Source: Acidobacteriota bacterium
GTDB taxonomy: Bacteria > Acidobacteriota > Blastocatellia > RBC074
Assembly: GCA_031418175.1 (NCBI GenBank)
Contig: JANOWX010000865.1
Coordinates: forward strand, 1-36,454
Reading direction: 5' to 3'
Length of the DNA: 36,454 nt
The position numbers and the translations under genes are program-made. Below, in pieces: positions 27,377 through 36,112 of this stretch; the first letter of the stretch is position 1, and each line of letters starts with the position of its first letter. The notes beneath the pieces are model-generated. The model was not told the origin of the DNA. It saw nothing but the letters and a program-made list of their open reading frames with translations, and made no database searches.

Positions 27377-27503
27377 GTTTCGCACTATCCTCAAAAAGCG
27401 GCTGCATGGTGCGCTGGCGAAATTGAAGACGGTGCTGGATGCGGACGTGGTGCGGTTCAATCAAACGAGCGGCGTGCAGGTGAGCGTGGACGCGAAGCCT
27501 TAG
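27375..27503 (+). pseudogene. Orphan relic of the 3' end of a BNR/sortilin-like paralog
   Basis: The 129 nt encode EFRTILKKRLHGALAKLKTVLDADVVRFNQTSGVQVSVDAKP then stop. They are colinear with the last 42 codons plus stop of the gene ending at 26365 (EFHVILKKRLDDALAKLKTVLDTDVARFNQTSGVQLEVAAKP). My hand alignment gives 33/42 aa and about 104/129 nt identical. No upstream coding body is present. Confidence 0.75.
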
Positions 27504-27539
27504 CGGACAGATGCGTTGGGTAACCTTTGACTGAGAGAC

Positions 27540-27606
27540 TGGGATTAGGCGGTTGTGCGGCAAATGCTGTATAAGCTCTTTTTGAGCGAGCAGACGCCTA
27601 ATCCCA
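27540..27606. repeat. 12-bp inverted repeat with 43-nt loop at the junction before the methyltransferase gene
   Basis: TGGGATTAGGCG (27540-27551) pairs with CGCCTAATCCCA (27595-27606), followed by TGTTTTTCC. Confidence 0.4.
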
Positions 27607-27627
27607 TGTTTTTCCTCAAGAATTGAT

Positions 27628-28617
27628 ATGAAGGAACGAGCACCCCAAAACAGAACACTGACTTGCAGCGGCTCTGAACTCACGGGGTTTTCTACGGACC
27701 TTTTGCGTCTACCCGTCCCCACACGTCCTGAGGTGATCACCAACCGGATCGTCCACCAAGATTTTCATGAGGCTCGCCACTTTCTTCCACCGACATTTGC
27801 CGACCTCGTAATTCTCGATCCGCCATACAATCTGACCAAGAACTACAACGGCCACGTTTTCCACTCGAAGGACGCCGATGCCTACACGGCTTGGTTTGAA
27901 GATGTTGTATCGTCGCTAATGCCCCTGCTCCGGCCAACAGCAACTGTCTACGCTTGTAGCGATTGGCAAACCTCCACGCTTGTATTTCCGGTTCTCGACA
28001 AGTATTTCCGCGTCCGAAATCGAATTACTTGGGAGCGAGAAAAAGGACGCGGAGCCAAAGCAAACTGGAAGAACAACACAGAGGATATTTGGTTCTGCTC
28101 GGTCAGTGAAGACTATTATTTTGATGTCGAGTCCGTGAAACTGAAAAGGCGTGTCATCGCGCCGTACCGTACCCATAACGGAGAACCGAAGGATTGGGAA
28201 GAATCTGAGAACGGAAATTACCGACTTACTCATCCTTCAAACATTTGGTCGGATATTACCGTGCCGTTCTGGTCCATGTCGGAGAACACTGACCATCCCA
28301 CCCAAAAGCCGGAAAAACTGATCGCTAAACTCATTCTGGCGAGTTCCCGACCCAATGACTTTGTGTTTGATCCGTTTCTCGGCAGCGGTACTACCGCCGT
28401 TGTTGCCAAGAAGCTCGGTCGTCGGTTCTGTGGTGTCGAGCTTGACAGAGATTATTGCTGCTGGGCATTGAAGCGGCTCAAGCTCGCCGAGGCTGACCCG
28501 AGCATACAGGGATACTCAGAGGGCGTTTTTTGGGAGAGAAACAGTCTAGCCGATCAAAAGCCGCACAAGGTCCGCAACATTTGCACAGAGAATCAGAAAG
28601 GGCTTTTCAATGAATGA
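27628..28617 (+). CDS. Beta-class N6-adenine (or N4-cytosine) DNA methyltransferase
   Basis: Motif IV DPPY (ILDPPYNL, 27817-27828) precedes motif I FDPFLGSGTT (28366-28395), which is the beta-class order. HPTQKPEKL motif is present. Local GC is lower than in the flanks. Confidence 0.9.
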   Translation: MKERAPQNRTLTCSGSELTGFSTDLLRLPVPTRPEVITNRIVHQDFHEARHFLPPTFADLVILDPPYNLTKNYNGHVFHSKDADAYTAWFEDVVSSLMPLLRPTATVYACSDWQTSTLVFPVLDKYFRVRNRITWEREKGRGAKANWKNNTEDIWFCSVSEDYYFDVESVKLKRRVIAPYRTHNGEPKDWEESENGNYRLTHPSNIWSDITVPFWSMSENTDHPTQKPEKLIAKLILASSRPNDFVFDPFLGSGTTAVVAKKLGRRFCGVELDRDYCCWALKRLKLAEADPSIQGYSEGVFWERNSLADQKPHKVRNICTENQKGLFNE

Positions 28618-29767
28618 CGCCCTGCAACAGTTGGTTGACCTGATCAAAGCGAACGATGGGATTAACGACAAGGCACGCTTAGCCCGTGTCGTCACGGAAG
28701 CATTCGGACTGACGAAAGATCGGGCAGTGTACTATTGCGCCGACTTCGCGATTCGATTCAGTTCATCCGAAAAAAGAAACGCAAGCAATACCGTCGCGTC
28801 CCTGTCAAGGCTTCAGAAATACGATGATCGGCCCTTTGTGGTTTGCATCGTGACCCAGAATATCAATCATTGTTTTCTCGCCAATACCACATTTCTAAAG
28901 AAGATCAGCCATACCTCCCAGTTGCTTCGAGAAAACAACATTCGCGGAAGTTTCAATATCTCGGATGTTGTTAAAGAATTCGACGGAATCATTAACGCTC
29001 CTGACAATTTTGACAGGTTATTTGCGATTCACGCGGGGATTGGCTTTGAAGGCAACCTTGCCCGGCTGGTTGAAGCAACGAATAACATCTCTCCAACGGG
29101 AAGCAAGTTTCTCATCAACGAAGCTGCGGCTGCGGCCATTCTTGCCGCCCCCCAGCGTGCCAAGCGCTTCATTGAGTCTAAAGACTGCGCGGTTTTGAAA
29201 GCGGAGTTGGACGCCCAAGTTAGCCGATTCAGGTCCGAAATACTCATGGCTGCCCTTATCGAGAATGTCAATGTTCGGGGCCGGCTCATCGAATACTTGA
29301 TTGCGGGAGAGGACGAGATGTTGCGGCAGGAACTCATTAGCGCTTTGAAGGCAGGCAACCGAGGGATTCCCAGATTTAGAACCGAGAATGCGCTTGGCGA
29401 CTACAGCCGCTCCTTCCCTGCATATGATACGGAGACGGACGTGAAGACGAAGATCATGATACTCAGTTCAAATCCCAAGGCATACAACCTCGACAAAATG
29501 CTGGAGTTCTTGGCGAACTCTCGCTCAGTCTTCATGTTCTATTTCGTCGGCGTGGATCCAGGAAAAATCGTGAACACCGTTTTGTTGTCGCTGTTCCAGA
29601 CGAAACTATTGCGAGCCACAATTCTGCTAAAGCACTGGGCGGGACGGAACTCGCGAGGCGTCACGCAGTTTGAAGGTGCGACGATCAATGATCTGATCTT
29701 GAAACCGGAGTTTACGATCAATGTAGGCGAAGCCGCTCAGTTCCTACAGCGAGTGATCGCTTTGTAG
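28610..29767 (+). CDS. Unknown 385-aa protein translationally coupled to the methyltransferase (candidate restriction endonuclease)
   Basis: ATG 28610 overlaps the methyltransferase stop by 8 nt (ATGAATGA). Same lower-GC composition. No family recognised. A weak PD-(D/E)xK-like stretch is YDTETDVKTK (about residues 272-281). Confidence 0.55.
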   Translation: MNDALQQLVDLIKANDGINDKARLARVVTEAFGLTKDRAVYYCADFAIRFSSSEKRNASNTVASLSRLQKYDDRPFVVCIVTQNINHCFLANTTFLKKISHTSQLLRENNIRGSFNISDVVKEFDGIINAPDNFDRLFAIHAGIGFEGNLARLVEATNNISPTGSKFLINEAAAAAILAAPQRAKRFIESKDCAVLKAELDAQVSRFRSEILMAALIENVNVRGRLIEYLIAGEDEMLRQELISALKAGNRGIPRFRTENALGDYSRSFPAYDTETDVKTKIMILSSNPKAYNLDKMLEFLANSRSVFMFYFVGVDPGKIVNTVLLSLFQTKLLRATILLKHWAGRNSRGVTQFEGATINDLILKPEFTINVGEAAQFLQRVIAL

Positions 29768-29898
29768 CAACCTGGAATGAGCTAGCCAGGCGCTATACCT
29801 GACGGGGACTGCCATACCGATTTGCGCAACAGCACATTATTACAGCAGCCCCGGCAGGCGAGTTTGGCTTGAATAGAGCGATAAGGATAAGAACAACT

Positions 29899-30765
29899 AT
29901 GCACCGATGGACACTTTCTCTTTGCGCCCTGCTGCTTTGCGTCTCGGCGACGCGCACCTCTTCTAACGCCCAACAACAAGCGCCGCCACCAGAACAACCA
30001 GTCTATGAAATCTACGCCATCAGCTACGGCGTGCTTCCCGACTTTCCCGTTGCCTCGCTGGTCGCGGGCGCGGACAAGGCGCGCAAGCTCGACATTCAAA
30101 TGATGGTCTGGCTGCTCAAGGGGCCTGCCGGACGCAACATCCTCGTAGACGCGGGCTTTTACCGCGACAAGTTTGTGCAACGCTGGAAGCCGAAAGATTT
30201 CGTCAAACCATCCGAGGCCATTGCCAAAGTCGGACTCAAGCCCGAAGACATCACCGACCTCATCATCTCGCACATTCATTGGGATCACCTGGACGGCGCG
30301 GACTTGTTTCCCAATGCGCGGATTTGGATTCAGCACGACGAGTACAGCTACTACACGGGCGAAGCGTGGCAGGCGGGCGGTTCCAACGCGGCGGACAGAG
30401 ACGATGTGTTGATGCTGGTCAAGCTCAACACCGAGCGCCGCGTGCACCTGATCAAAGGCGACAATCAGGAAATCCTGCCGGGCATTCGCGTCTTCACAGG
30501 CGGGCGTCACACGTATGCGTCGCAATACGTCAGCGTCAACACGGCGAGCGGCACGGCGGTGGTGGCTTCGGATAATTTGTATCTTTACGAAAACCTCGAA
30601 AGGCGCGCGCCCATCGCGCAAACGCTTGACGCGGCGTCGAACCTGCGCGCGCAGGAACGGATGACGCAACTCGCTTCCCATCCGCGCTTGATCGTGCCGG
30701 GGCATGATCCGGCGGTTTTTGTGAAGTTTCCGAAACCGGGCAACGGCGTGGCGAAGATCGAGTGA
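29899..30765 (+). CDS. Secreted metallo-beta-lactamase-fold hydrolase (AHL-lactonase-like subgroup possible)
   Basis: Signal peptide MHRWTLSLCALLLCVSA. HxHxDH motif (ISHIHWDHLDG). Downstream His/Asp ligands (GGRHTYAS, PGHD). Confidence 0.82.
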   Translation: MHRWTLSLCALLLCVSATRTSSNAQQQAPPPEQPVYEIYAISYGVLPDFPVASLVAGADKARKLDIQMMVWLLKGPAGRNILVDAGFYRDKFVQRWKPKDFVKPSEAIAKVGLKPEDITDLIISHIHWDHLDGADLFPNARIWIQHDEYSYYTGEAWQAGGSNAADRDDVLMLVKLNTERRVHLIKGDNQEILPGIRVFTGGRHTYASQYVSVNTASGTAVVASDNLYLYENLERRAPIAQTLDAASNLRAQERMTQLASHPRLIVPGHDPAVFVKFPKPGNGVAKIE

Positions 30766-31149
30766 CTTGATTCATCTCACCACCAAGTCAGGCGCAATTG
30801 ACGACGAAGAAAAACTTCGTCGAGCATGCCCTGGGCAAAAGGTATGCGGGAAAATCATTGTCGGGTACTTCATCTCGTGCAGGGCCTCGCGGTGGGCGGC
30901 GTAGACAACAAAACCGCCAACACCGTGGCGATCAACCTGAAATAAGCGCCTTGCTTGCCGGCCCCAAAGCTTATTTCCGCATTAGCGACATCTGCATTTT
31001 TACGCGCTGCCGCAAAATTTTTGACGGACACCTCGCACCAATCCCGTGTTTGACTTTGTTTTTACGCGGGTGCTACTTTCCCGCCGCCGTCACCCAATTG
31101 AGTTAAGGCAGACATTTTTCCTCTCATTTACATCTGAACCGGAGGGTTT

Positions 31150-34100
31150 ATGATTCAGCGTTTCGCCCGTGCGCGCGGGCGTTTCTTCCTGCTTACCGCA
31201 CTCACTCTGAGTATCCTTGCTGGCTCTGGCAGGCAGTTGGCCAGCCCACAAGCTGTCCAAGCACAGACCGCTTCAGCCAGCAGCGAGGCGTTATTCAAAG
31301 GTTTGCAATTCCGCGCGCTAGGCCCGGCGATTATGGGTGGGCGCATAGACGATTTCGCCGTCGTCGAAAGCAATCCGCACATCATTTATGCCGCCACCGC
31401 TTCGGGCGGTTTGTGGAAGACTGGCAACAACGGCACAACCTGGGAACCGCTGTTCGACAGCCAGTCGCACAGTTCCATCGGCGCGGTGGCCGTTGCGCCT
31501 TCCAACGCCGACATCGTTTGGGCCGGCACGGGCGAAGCGAATAACCGGCAAAGCTCGTCGTGGGGCAACGGCGTTTATAAATCCACCGACGGCGGCAAGA
31601 CGTGGGAGCACGCGGGCTTGAAAGACTCGCACCACATCGGCCGCATCGTGATTCATCCAACCAACCCTGACATTGTGTATGTCGCCGCCGCCGGGCATCT
31701 GTGGGGCGCGAACAAAGAACGCGGCCTGTTCAAAACCAGCGATGGCGGCAAGACCTGGACGAACACCAAATTCATCAACGAAGACACCGGCTTCATTGAC
31801 GTCGCCCTTGATCCCAACGATCCCGACACGTTGTATGCCGCGGCCTACCAACGCCGCCGCACGGCCTTCGGCTTCAACGGCGGCGGCCCTGGCAGCGGGT
31901 TGTACAAAACGACGGATGGCGGCGCGACGTGGCGGAAGCTGACCGAAGGCTTGCCCGTCGGCGAAGCCGGGCGCATCGGCATCGAAATCTGGCGCAAAGA
32001 TACCAAGGTCGTTTACATCACTTATGAACACGCAACCGAAAGCGGCGTCTATCGCTCTGACGACAAGGGGCTGACGTGGAAGAAGCTGTCCAACACCAAT
32101 CCACGCCCGGCGTACTACAGCCAAATCCGCCTTGATCCGCAAAACGATCAGCGCGTTTACGTGCTGGGCGCGGGCTGGTATGTCTCGGACAATGGCGGCA
32201 AGGGTTTCACCAGCAATCGCCTGCTGCCGATTCACGGCGACTTCCACGCGCTCTGGATCAATCCGGCCAATCCGAACCATATGATCAGCGGCTCGGATGG
32301 CGGCATTCATTTCAGCTACGACAAAGGCAAGACCTGGGACTACATCAACACCATCCCGCTGGGCCAGTTTTACGAAGTCGGGTTCGACTACCGCAAACCG
32401 TATTGGGTCTACGGCGGCTTGCAGGACAACGGCAGTTGGGGCGCGCCCTCACAGACGTTGACGCAAATCGGCGTGAGCAATGATGAATGGGTGCGTGTGG
32501 GCGGCGGCGATGGTTTTTATACGCAGATTGATCCCAACGACCCCGACACCGTTTACACCGAATCGCAAAACGCCGGACTGATTCGGCTCAATCGCGCGAC
32601 GGGCGAAGCCAAGTCCATCAAGCCGCAAGCACCAGAAGGCGAGCGATTCCGTTTCGATTGGAACGCGCCGATTGTCATTTCAACGCACGATGCAAAAACA
32701 ATTTACCTCGGCGGCAATCGGCTCTTCACTTCAAACAATCGCGGCGACGATTGGACGTGGTCGGCAGACCTGACCAAAAACCAAGACCGCGACAAACTGC
32801 CGATCATGGGCGTCGTGCCTAAATCCAACGTGCTGTCGGGTCACGACGGACAGGAAAGCTACGGCCACATCGTGACGATTGCCGAGTCGCCGTTGAAGAA
32901 AGGCTTGCTCTGGATCGGCACCGATGACGGCAACGTGCAACTCTCGCGCGATGGTGGCAAGACCTGGAAAGACCTGACCGGCAAGGTGTCGGGCGTGCCC
33001 GCCAATACTTATGTTTCGCGCGTCATCGCTTCGCATGCCAAAGAGGGCCGCGCTTATCTGACCTTCGATGGGCATCGCAACGACGATTTCAATCCGTATG
33101 TCTTCGTGACCGAAAATTACGGTGAGACGTGGCAGGCGATCAACAACGGCTTGCCGCACGCGGCCCACGTCATCCGCGAACATCCGCGCAACGCTGATTT
33201 GCTTTTCGCTGGCACCGAATTCGGCTTGTGGGTCAGTTTCAAGCGCGGCGCGGCGTGGTTTCAATTCAAGAGCAATCTGCCGACGGTGCCGGTGGATGAC
33301 ATCGCCATCCACCCGCGCGAAAACGATCTGATCTTAGGCACGCACGGGCGCAGCATCTGGATTCTCGACGACATAACGCCGCTCGAACAGATGAGCGAAG
33401 CCGTGGCGACAAGCGACGCGCAACTTTTCGACCTGCGCCCCGCCATCGAATGGCGCAGCAGCAATCACAAAGGCAGCACGGGCCATAAAACCTTCAGCGC
33501 GCAAAACCCGCCCGTTGGCGCGCTGATCAGTTACTACTTGCGCGAAAAGCCAAAGGACGCCGTCAAGCTGACCATCAGCGACAAGAGCGGCAATCTCATC
33601 CGCGAAATGTCCACTGCCGATGAGCCCGGCGTGCAACGCGTCGTTTGGGACTTGCGTTACGGTTCGCCCGCGCAAATGACCACCGCACTCGAACGCGCGC
33701 CGACGCCTGCGCAAGCCAATTCCATCTTTGCCAGCCTGGGGCCCGCGCGCGGCCCACGCGTGTTGCCCGGCGAATACGTTGTGAAGCTGAGCGTCGGCGC
33801 TCAGAGCTTCACCAAAACCGTCAAGGTCGAAGAAGACCCGCGCATACAGGCAACGGCGGCTGAATTGGAAGCGCGCCTGCAAACCTTGCTGGCCGTCAAC
33901 AAGCTGCAAAAGTCCACCTTTGAATTGCAACGCCGTACCGGCGCGCTGAGCAGTGAGATGAAATCCCTACAAGAGAACCTGAAGAAACAACCCAACGCGC
34001 CCGAAGCCTTGACCAAAGCCGCCGAGACGCTGACGCAACAGATCAGCGATTTGCAGAAACGCGTCATGCCGCAACTCGCCAGCAATCCCATGCTGTCAGA

Positions 34101-34371
34101 AGCCGCCGGCCCGGCTGACCCAACGATCCAGCCCGCCTTGATGTCGCGGCTGAGCCAGCTTTTCGGACAGCTCGACAGTTACACCGAAACGCCCAAGCAC
34201 AACAACCGCGAACAATTGCAACGGCTGACCACGCAACTCAACGCCCTGATCACAGAGGCCAACAAGATCATTCAGGAAGACGTGCCCAACCTGAACAAAC
34301 AGATTGCCGAAAGCGGCGCGACGCCGATCAAGGCGGGCGAACCACTGGCCCCGTTGCAAAAGCTGCAATGA
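31150..34371 (+). CDS. Secreted sortilin/VPS10-like BNR (Asp-box) repeat protein, paralog 4, with helical tail
   Basis: GGAGGG lies before ATG 31150, followed by a signal-like N-terminus. Asp-boxes (KSTDGGKTW, KTSDGGKTW, KTTDGGATW, LSRDGGKTW ...). Ig-like VWDLRY...LPGEYVVKLS and a long helical C-terminus. Confidence 0.9.
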   Translation: MIQRFARARGRFFLLTALTLSILAGSGRQLASPQAVQAQTASASSEALFKGLQFRALGPAIMGGRIDDFAVVESNPHIIYAATASGGLWKTGNNGTTWEPLFDSQSHSSIGAVAVAPSNADIVWAGTGEANNRQSSSWGNGVYKSTDGGKTWEHAGLKDSHHIGRIVIHPTNPDIVYVAAAGHLWGANKERGLFKTSDGGKTWTNTKFINEDTGFIDVALDPNDPDTLYAAAYQRRRTAFGFNGGGPGSGLYKTTDGGATWRKLTEGLPVGEAGRIGIEIWRKDTKVVYITYEHATESGVYRSDDKGLTWKKLSNTNPRPAYYSQIRLDPQNDQRVYVLGAGWYVSDNGGKGFTSNRLLPIHGDFHALWINPANPNHMISGSDGGIHFSYDKGKTWDYINTIPLGQFYEVGFDYRKPYWVYGGLQDNGSWGAPSQTLTQIGVSNDEWVRVGGGDGFYTQIDPNDPDTVYTESQNAGLIRLNRATGEAKSIKPQAPEGERFRFDWNAPIVISTHDAKTIYLGGNRLFTSNNRGDDWTWSADLTKNQDRDKLPIMGVVPKSNVLSGHDGQESYGHIVTIAESPLKKGLLWIGTDDGNVQLSRDGGKTWKDLTGKVSGVPANTYVSRVIASHAKEGRAYLTFDGHRNDDFNPYVFVTENYGETWQAINNGLPHAAHVIREHPRNADLLFAGTEFGLWVSFKRGAAWFQFKSNLPTVPVDDIAIHPRENDLILGTHGRSIWILDDITPLEQMSEAVATSDAQLFDLRPAIEWRSSNHKGSTGHKTFSAQNPPVGALISYYLREKPKDAVKLTISDKSGNLIREMSTADEPGVQRVVWDLRYGSPAQMTTALERAPTPAQANSIFASLGPARGPRVLPGEYVVKLSVGAQSFTKTVKVEEDPRIQATAAELEARLQTLLAVNKLQKSTFELQRRTGALSSEMKSLQENLKKQPNAPEALTKAAETLTQQISDLQKRVMPQLASNPMLSEAAGPADPTIQPALMSRLSQLFGQLDSYTETPKHNNREQLQRLTTQLNALITEANKIIQEDVPNLNKQIAESGATPIKAGEPLAPLQKLQ

Positions 34372-34452
34372 AACGAGCGGGTTATGGCTTAAAGCGCAGA
34401 AGGCTCGCTGCAGAAGAACGCTGAAAAACGCCGATCAATACTGCCTCCCAAC

Positions 34453-34488
34453 TGCGTTCATCTGCGTTCATCTGCGTTCATCTGCGGC
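34453..34488. repeat. Tandem 10-mer CTGCGTTCAT x3 plus a partial copy
   Basis: Exact copies at 34453-34462, 34463-34472 and 34473-34482, then CTGCGG. Intergenic. Confidence 0.85.
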
Positions 34489-34619
34489 TAGCTTCCCTCG
34501 TCATTGCCTGCAATCTTCGACTTTTTGCGGCAGGCTTCCTTATCCTGCCACGTCGGTTAAACCCGCGGTAGCCAGCACCCAAGCCGCTGCTACCGCCCAC
34601 CAATAACCACCTCGGAGGT

Positions 34620-35042
34620 ATGCCAAATGGATCATCGGGTCTTTGCCATCGTTCGCCAACTTCAACATCAGGAATTGCCCCCCCCGGCAATTTGCAAGCC
34701 ACGCATCGCAGTGAACTGTCTGTAACCAGGAAATCGCTCGACGAATTGGCCGCTTCGGTCAATCTCTCTACTTCGCGCTTGCGGGTGCTCTTCAAACAGG
34801 AAACGCAGCGCACCATTCCCCAGTACATCAAACACATCAAGCTGCAACGCGCCCAGGAGCTGCTGCGTAAGACTTATCTGCGCATCGCCGAAATTGCGGC
34901 CCTGCTGAAATTCGACGACCTCAGCCACTTCGTGCGTGATTTCAAGCGCAAATTCGGCGTCACCCCGACGGCCTATCGCAAGACAATCAATGAAGGCCAG
35001 GAAAAATTACCACAGGCCATGAATAGTCATTTGGGCTATTGA
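34620..35042 (+). CDS. AraC-family HTH protein lacking a recognisable sensor domain
   Basis: SLDELAASVNLSTSRLRVLFKQETQRTIPQYIKHIKLQRAQELL...IAEIAALLKFDDLSHFVRDFKRKFGVTPTAYRK is the double-HTH AraC signature. Only about 45 low-complexity residues precede it. Confidence 0.72.
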   Translation: MPNGSSGLCHRSPTSTSGIAPPGNLQATHRSELSVTRKSLDELAASVNLSTSRLRVLFKQETQRTIPQYIKHIKLQRAQELLRKTYLRIAEIAALLKFDDLSHFVRDFKRKFGVTPTAYRKTINEGQEKLPQAMNSHLGY

Positions 35043-35224
35043 AGGCGCAAACAGGGTTTTATATCTTGAGGCATCTGCTAACAACCCTTCATTGTTGCAA
35101 ACGGGGCAGAGGGGATTCCCGCAACAGCCTTGTGTGTTTGCAGGACTCTCCAAGCCTTGATGAGAGTTTAGGTTCATAGCGTTTCTTGAATAGGTTGAGG
35201 ATTGGCTCAATCAAGGAGAAGTGT

Positions 35225-36088
35225 ATGTCTGTGCGAGTGAATAATGCCAATTTAGGATCGGCCAGGCTCCTGGCAGTTTTGCTGAGCGTTACGTTGGGCG
35301 TCTTGCTGACAACATTTTCCGTGCTGGCCTGGCGGAAGGGGAGTAGCGCGGCCAAATTACCGCCACGAGCGATCGCCTCCCCAGCGGCGCAAATCATTGC
35401 CGGTGCGGCCTCTTCGTTGAATGTGGCGACCGACAGGTTTCCCTTGGCGGGACGGTTTAGGCCGCGCTTGGGGAGGCGGTTCCTGACGCATGGAAAAATC
35501 ACGACCGACTTGGTTGGAATGTTGCAGCGCGGACAGGAAAAAGAACCGCTGCGGCTAACTCGCAGCTACAGTGAAACGGGCGAGACTGTCACGTTCACCC
35601 TGAGCGGCAGGTCTGCTGTTTTTCAATGGCGGGATGAGAGCGGAGCCTGGACAGATGGCGCGCGCGCCAATGCCGATAACCGGAAATTGATTGAACGCCT
35701 GGTGCTCGACAGCCCCGACCAATTCGTGCTGGCGCAATTGCGCCGCACCGCTTACCGGACGATTGCCGAGGGTGTGCGGCCCGAAGAGCTAATCAACAGC
35801 AACGCGAATTACACCGGGCCGGTTTGGACGCTCGTTCAAGTGCTGGAGGCAGGCGCAATGGCTGACAGCCGCCCGTTGAGCGCGCTGCGGCAATACTACC
35901 TCAACCAAAAGACCGGGCTGCTTGATCGTGTGCTTTCACAGGAAGACGGCCAGACGATCACGGCGGAATTGACCGGCTGGGTCGAGCGTAATGGCGAGAC
36001 CTTTCCCACCGTCATCACCTGGAAATCAGGCGGTACAGAGATTATGAGCCTCACCGTCAACAATATCAGCTTCCCCGCCCGGCCATAG
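35225..36088 (+). CDS. Hypothetical N-terminally membrane-anchored protein
   Basis: AAGGAG lies before ATG 35225. One hydrophobic helix (LLAVLLSVTLGVLLTTFSVLAW) is followed by a ~240-aa soluble domain. No family recognised. Confidence 0.55.
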   Translation: MSVRVNNANLGSARLLAVLLSVTLGVLLTTFSVLAWRKGSSAAKLPPRAIASPAAQIIAGAASSLNVATDRFPLAGRFRPRLGRRFLTHGKITTDLVGMLQRGQEKEPLRLTRSYSETGETVTFTLSGRSAVFQWRDESGAWTDGARANADNRKLIERLVLDSPDQFVLAQLRRTAYRTIAEGVRPEELINSNANYTGPVWTLVQVLEAGAMADSRPLSALRQYYLNQKTGLLDRVLSQEDGQTITAELTGWVERNGETFPTVITWKSGGTEIMSLTVNNISFPARP

Positions 36089-36112
36089 CACAATTAAAAG
36101 GAGCGATTCGCC

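Noticed and set aside
27267-27743. 158-aa minus ORF spanning the gene-tail relic and the methyltransferase start
   Set aside because: It crosses three unrelated sequence blocks (antitoxin relic, orphan gene tail, hairpin), with no RBS and no motifs.
26366-29870. Calling the whole accessory interval a mobile element
   Set aside because: No integrase, transposase, tRNA target or exact flanking direct repeats are visible. Only the composition shift, TA/R-M content and the diverged gene-tail duplicate are present, so it is reported as a scar or island hypothesis rather than a mobile_element feature.
29782-30705. 307-aa minus ORF opposite the MBL hydrolase gene
   Set aside because: The plus-strand gene has a signal peptide and the HxHxDH motif. 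The antisense ORF has none.
30798-31106. 102-aa plus ORF, and a minus-strand reading I tried, in the 384-bp gap before paralog 4
   Set aside because: The plus ORF is Arg/Gly-rich with no RBS. The minus-strand reading is interrupted by a TAA near 30985, leaving under 60 codons without a start. The region is treated as non-coding.
13716-34371. BNR/Asp-box paralogs as sialidases
   Set aside because: Asp-boxes also occur in sialidases. The proteins here are double-propeller sized and I did not see an FRIP/RIP motif. The sortilin/GH74-like architecture fits better.
34453-34488. CRISPR array
   Set aside because: The units are 10 bp and directly abutting without spacers, and no cas genes are present. 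This is a simple tandem repeat.
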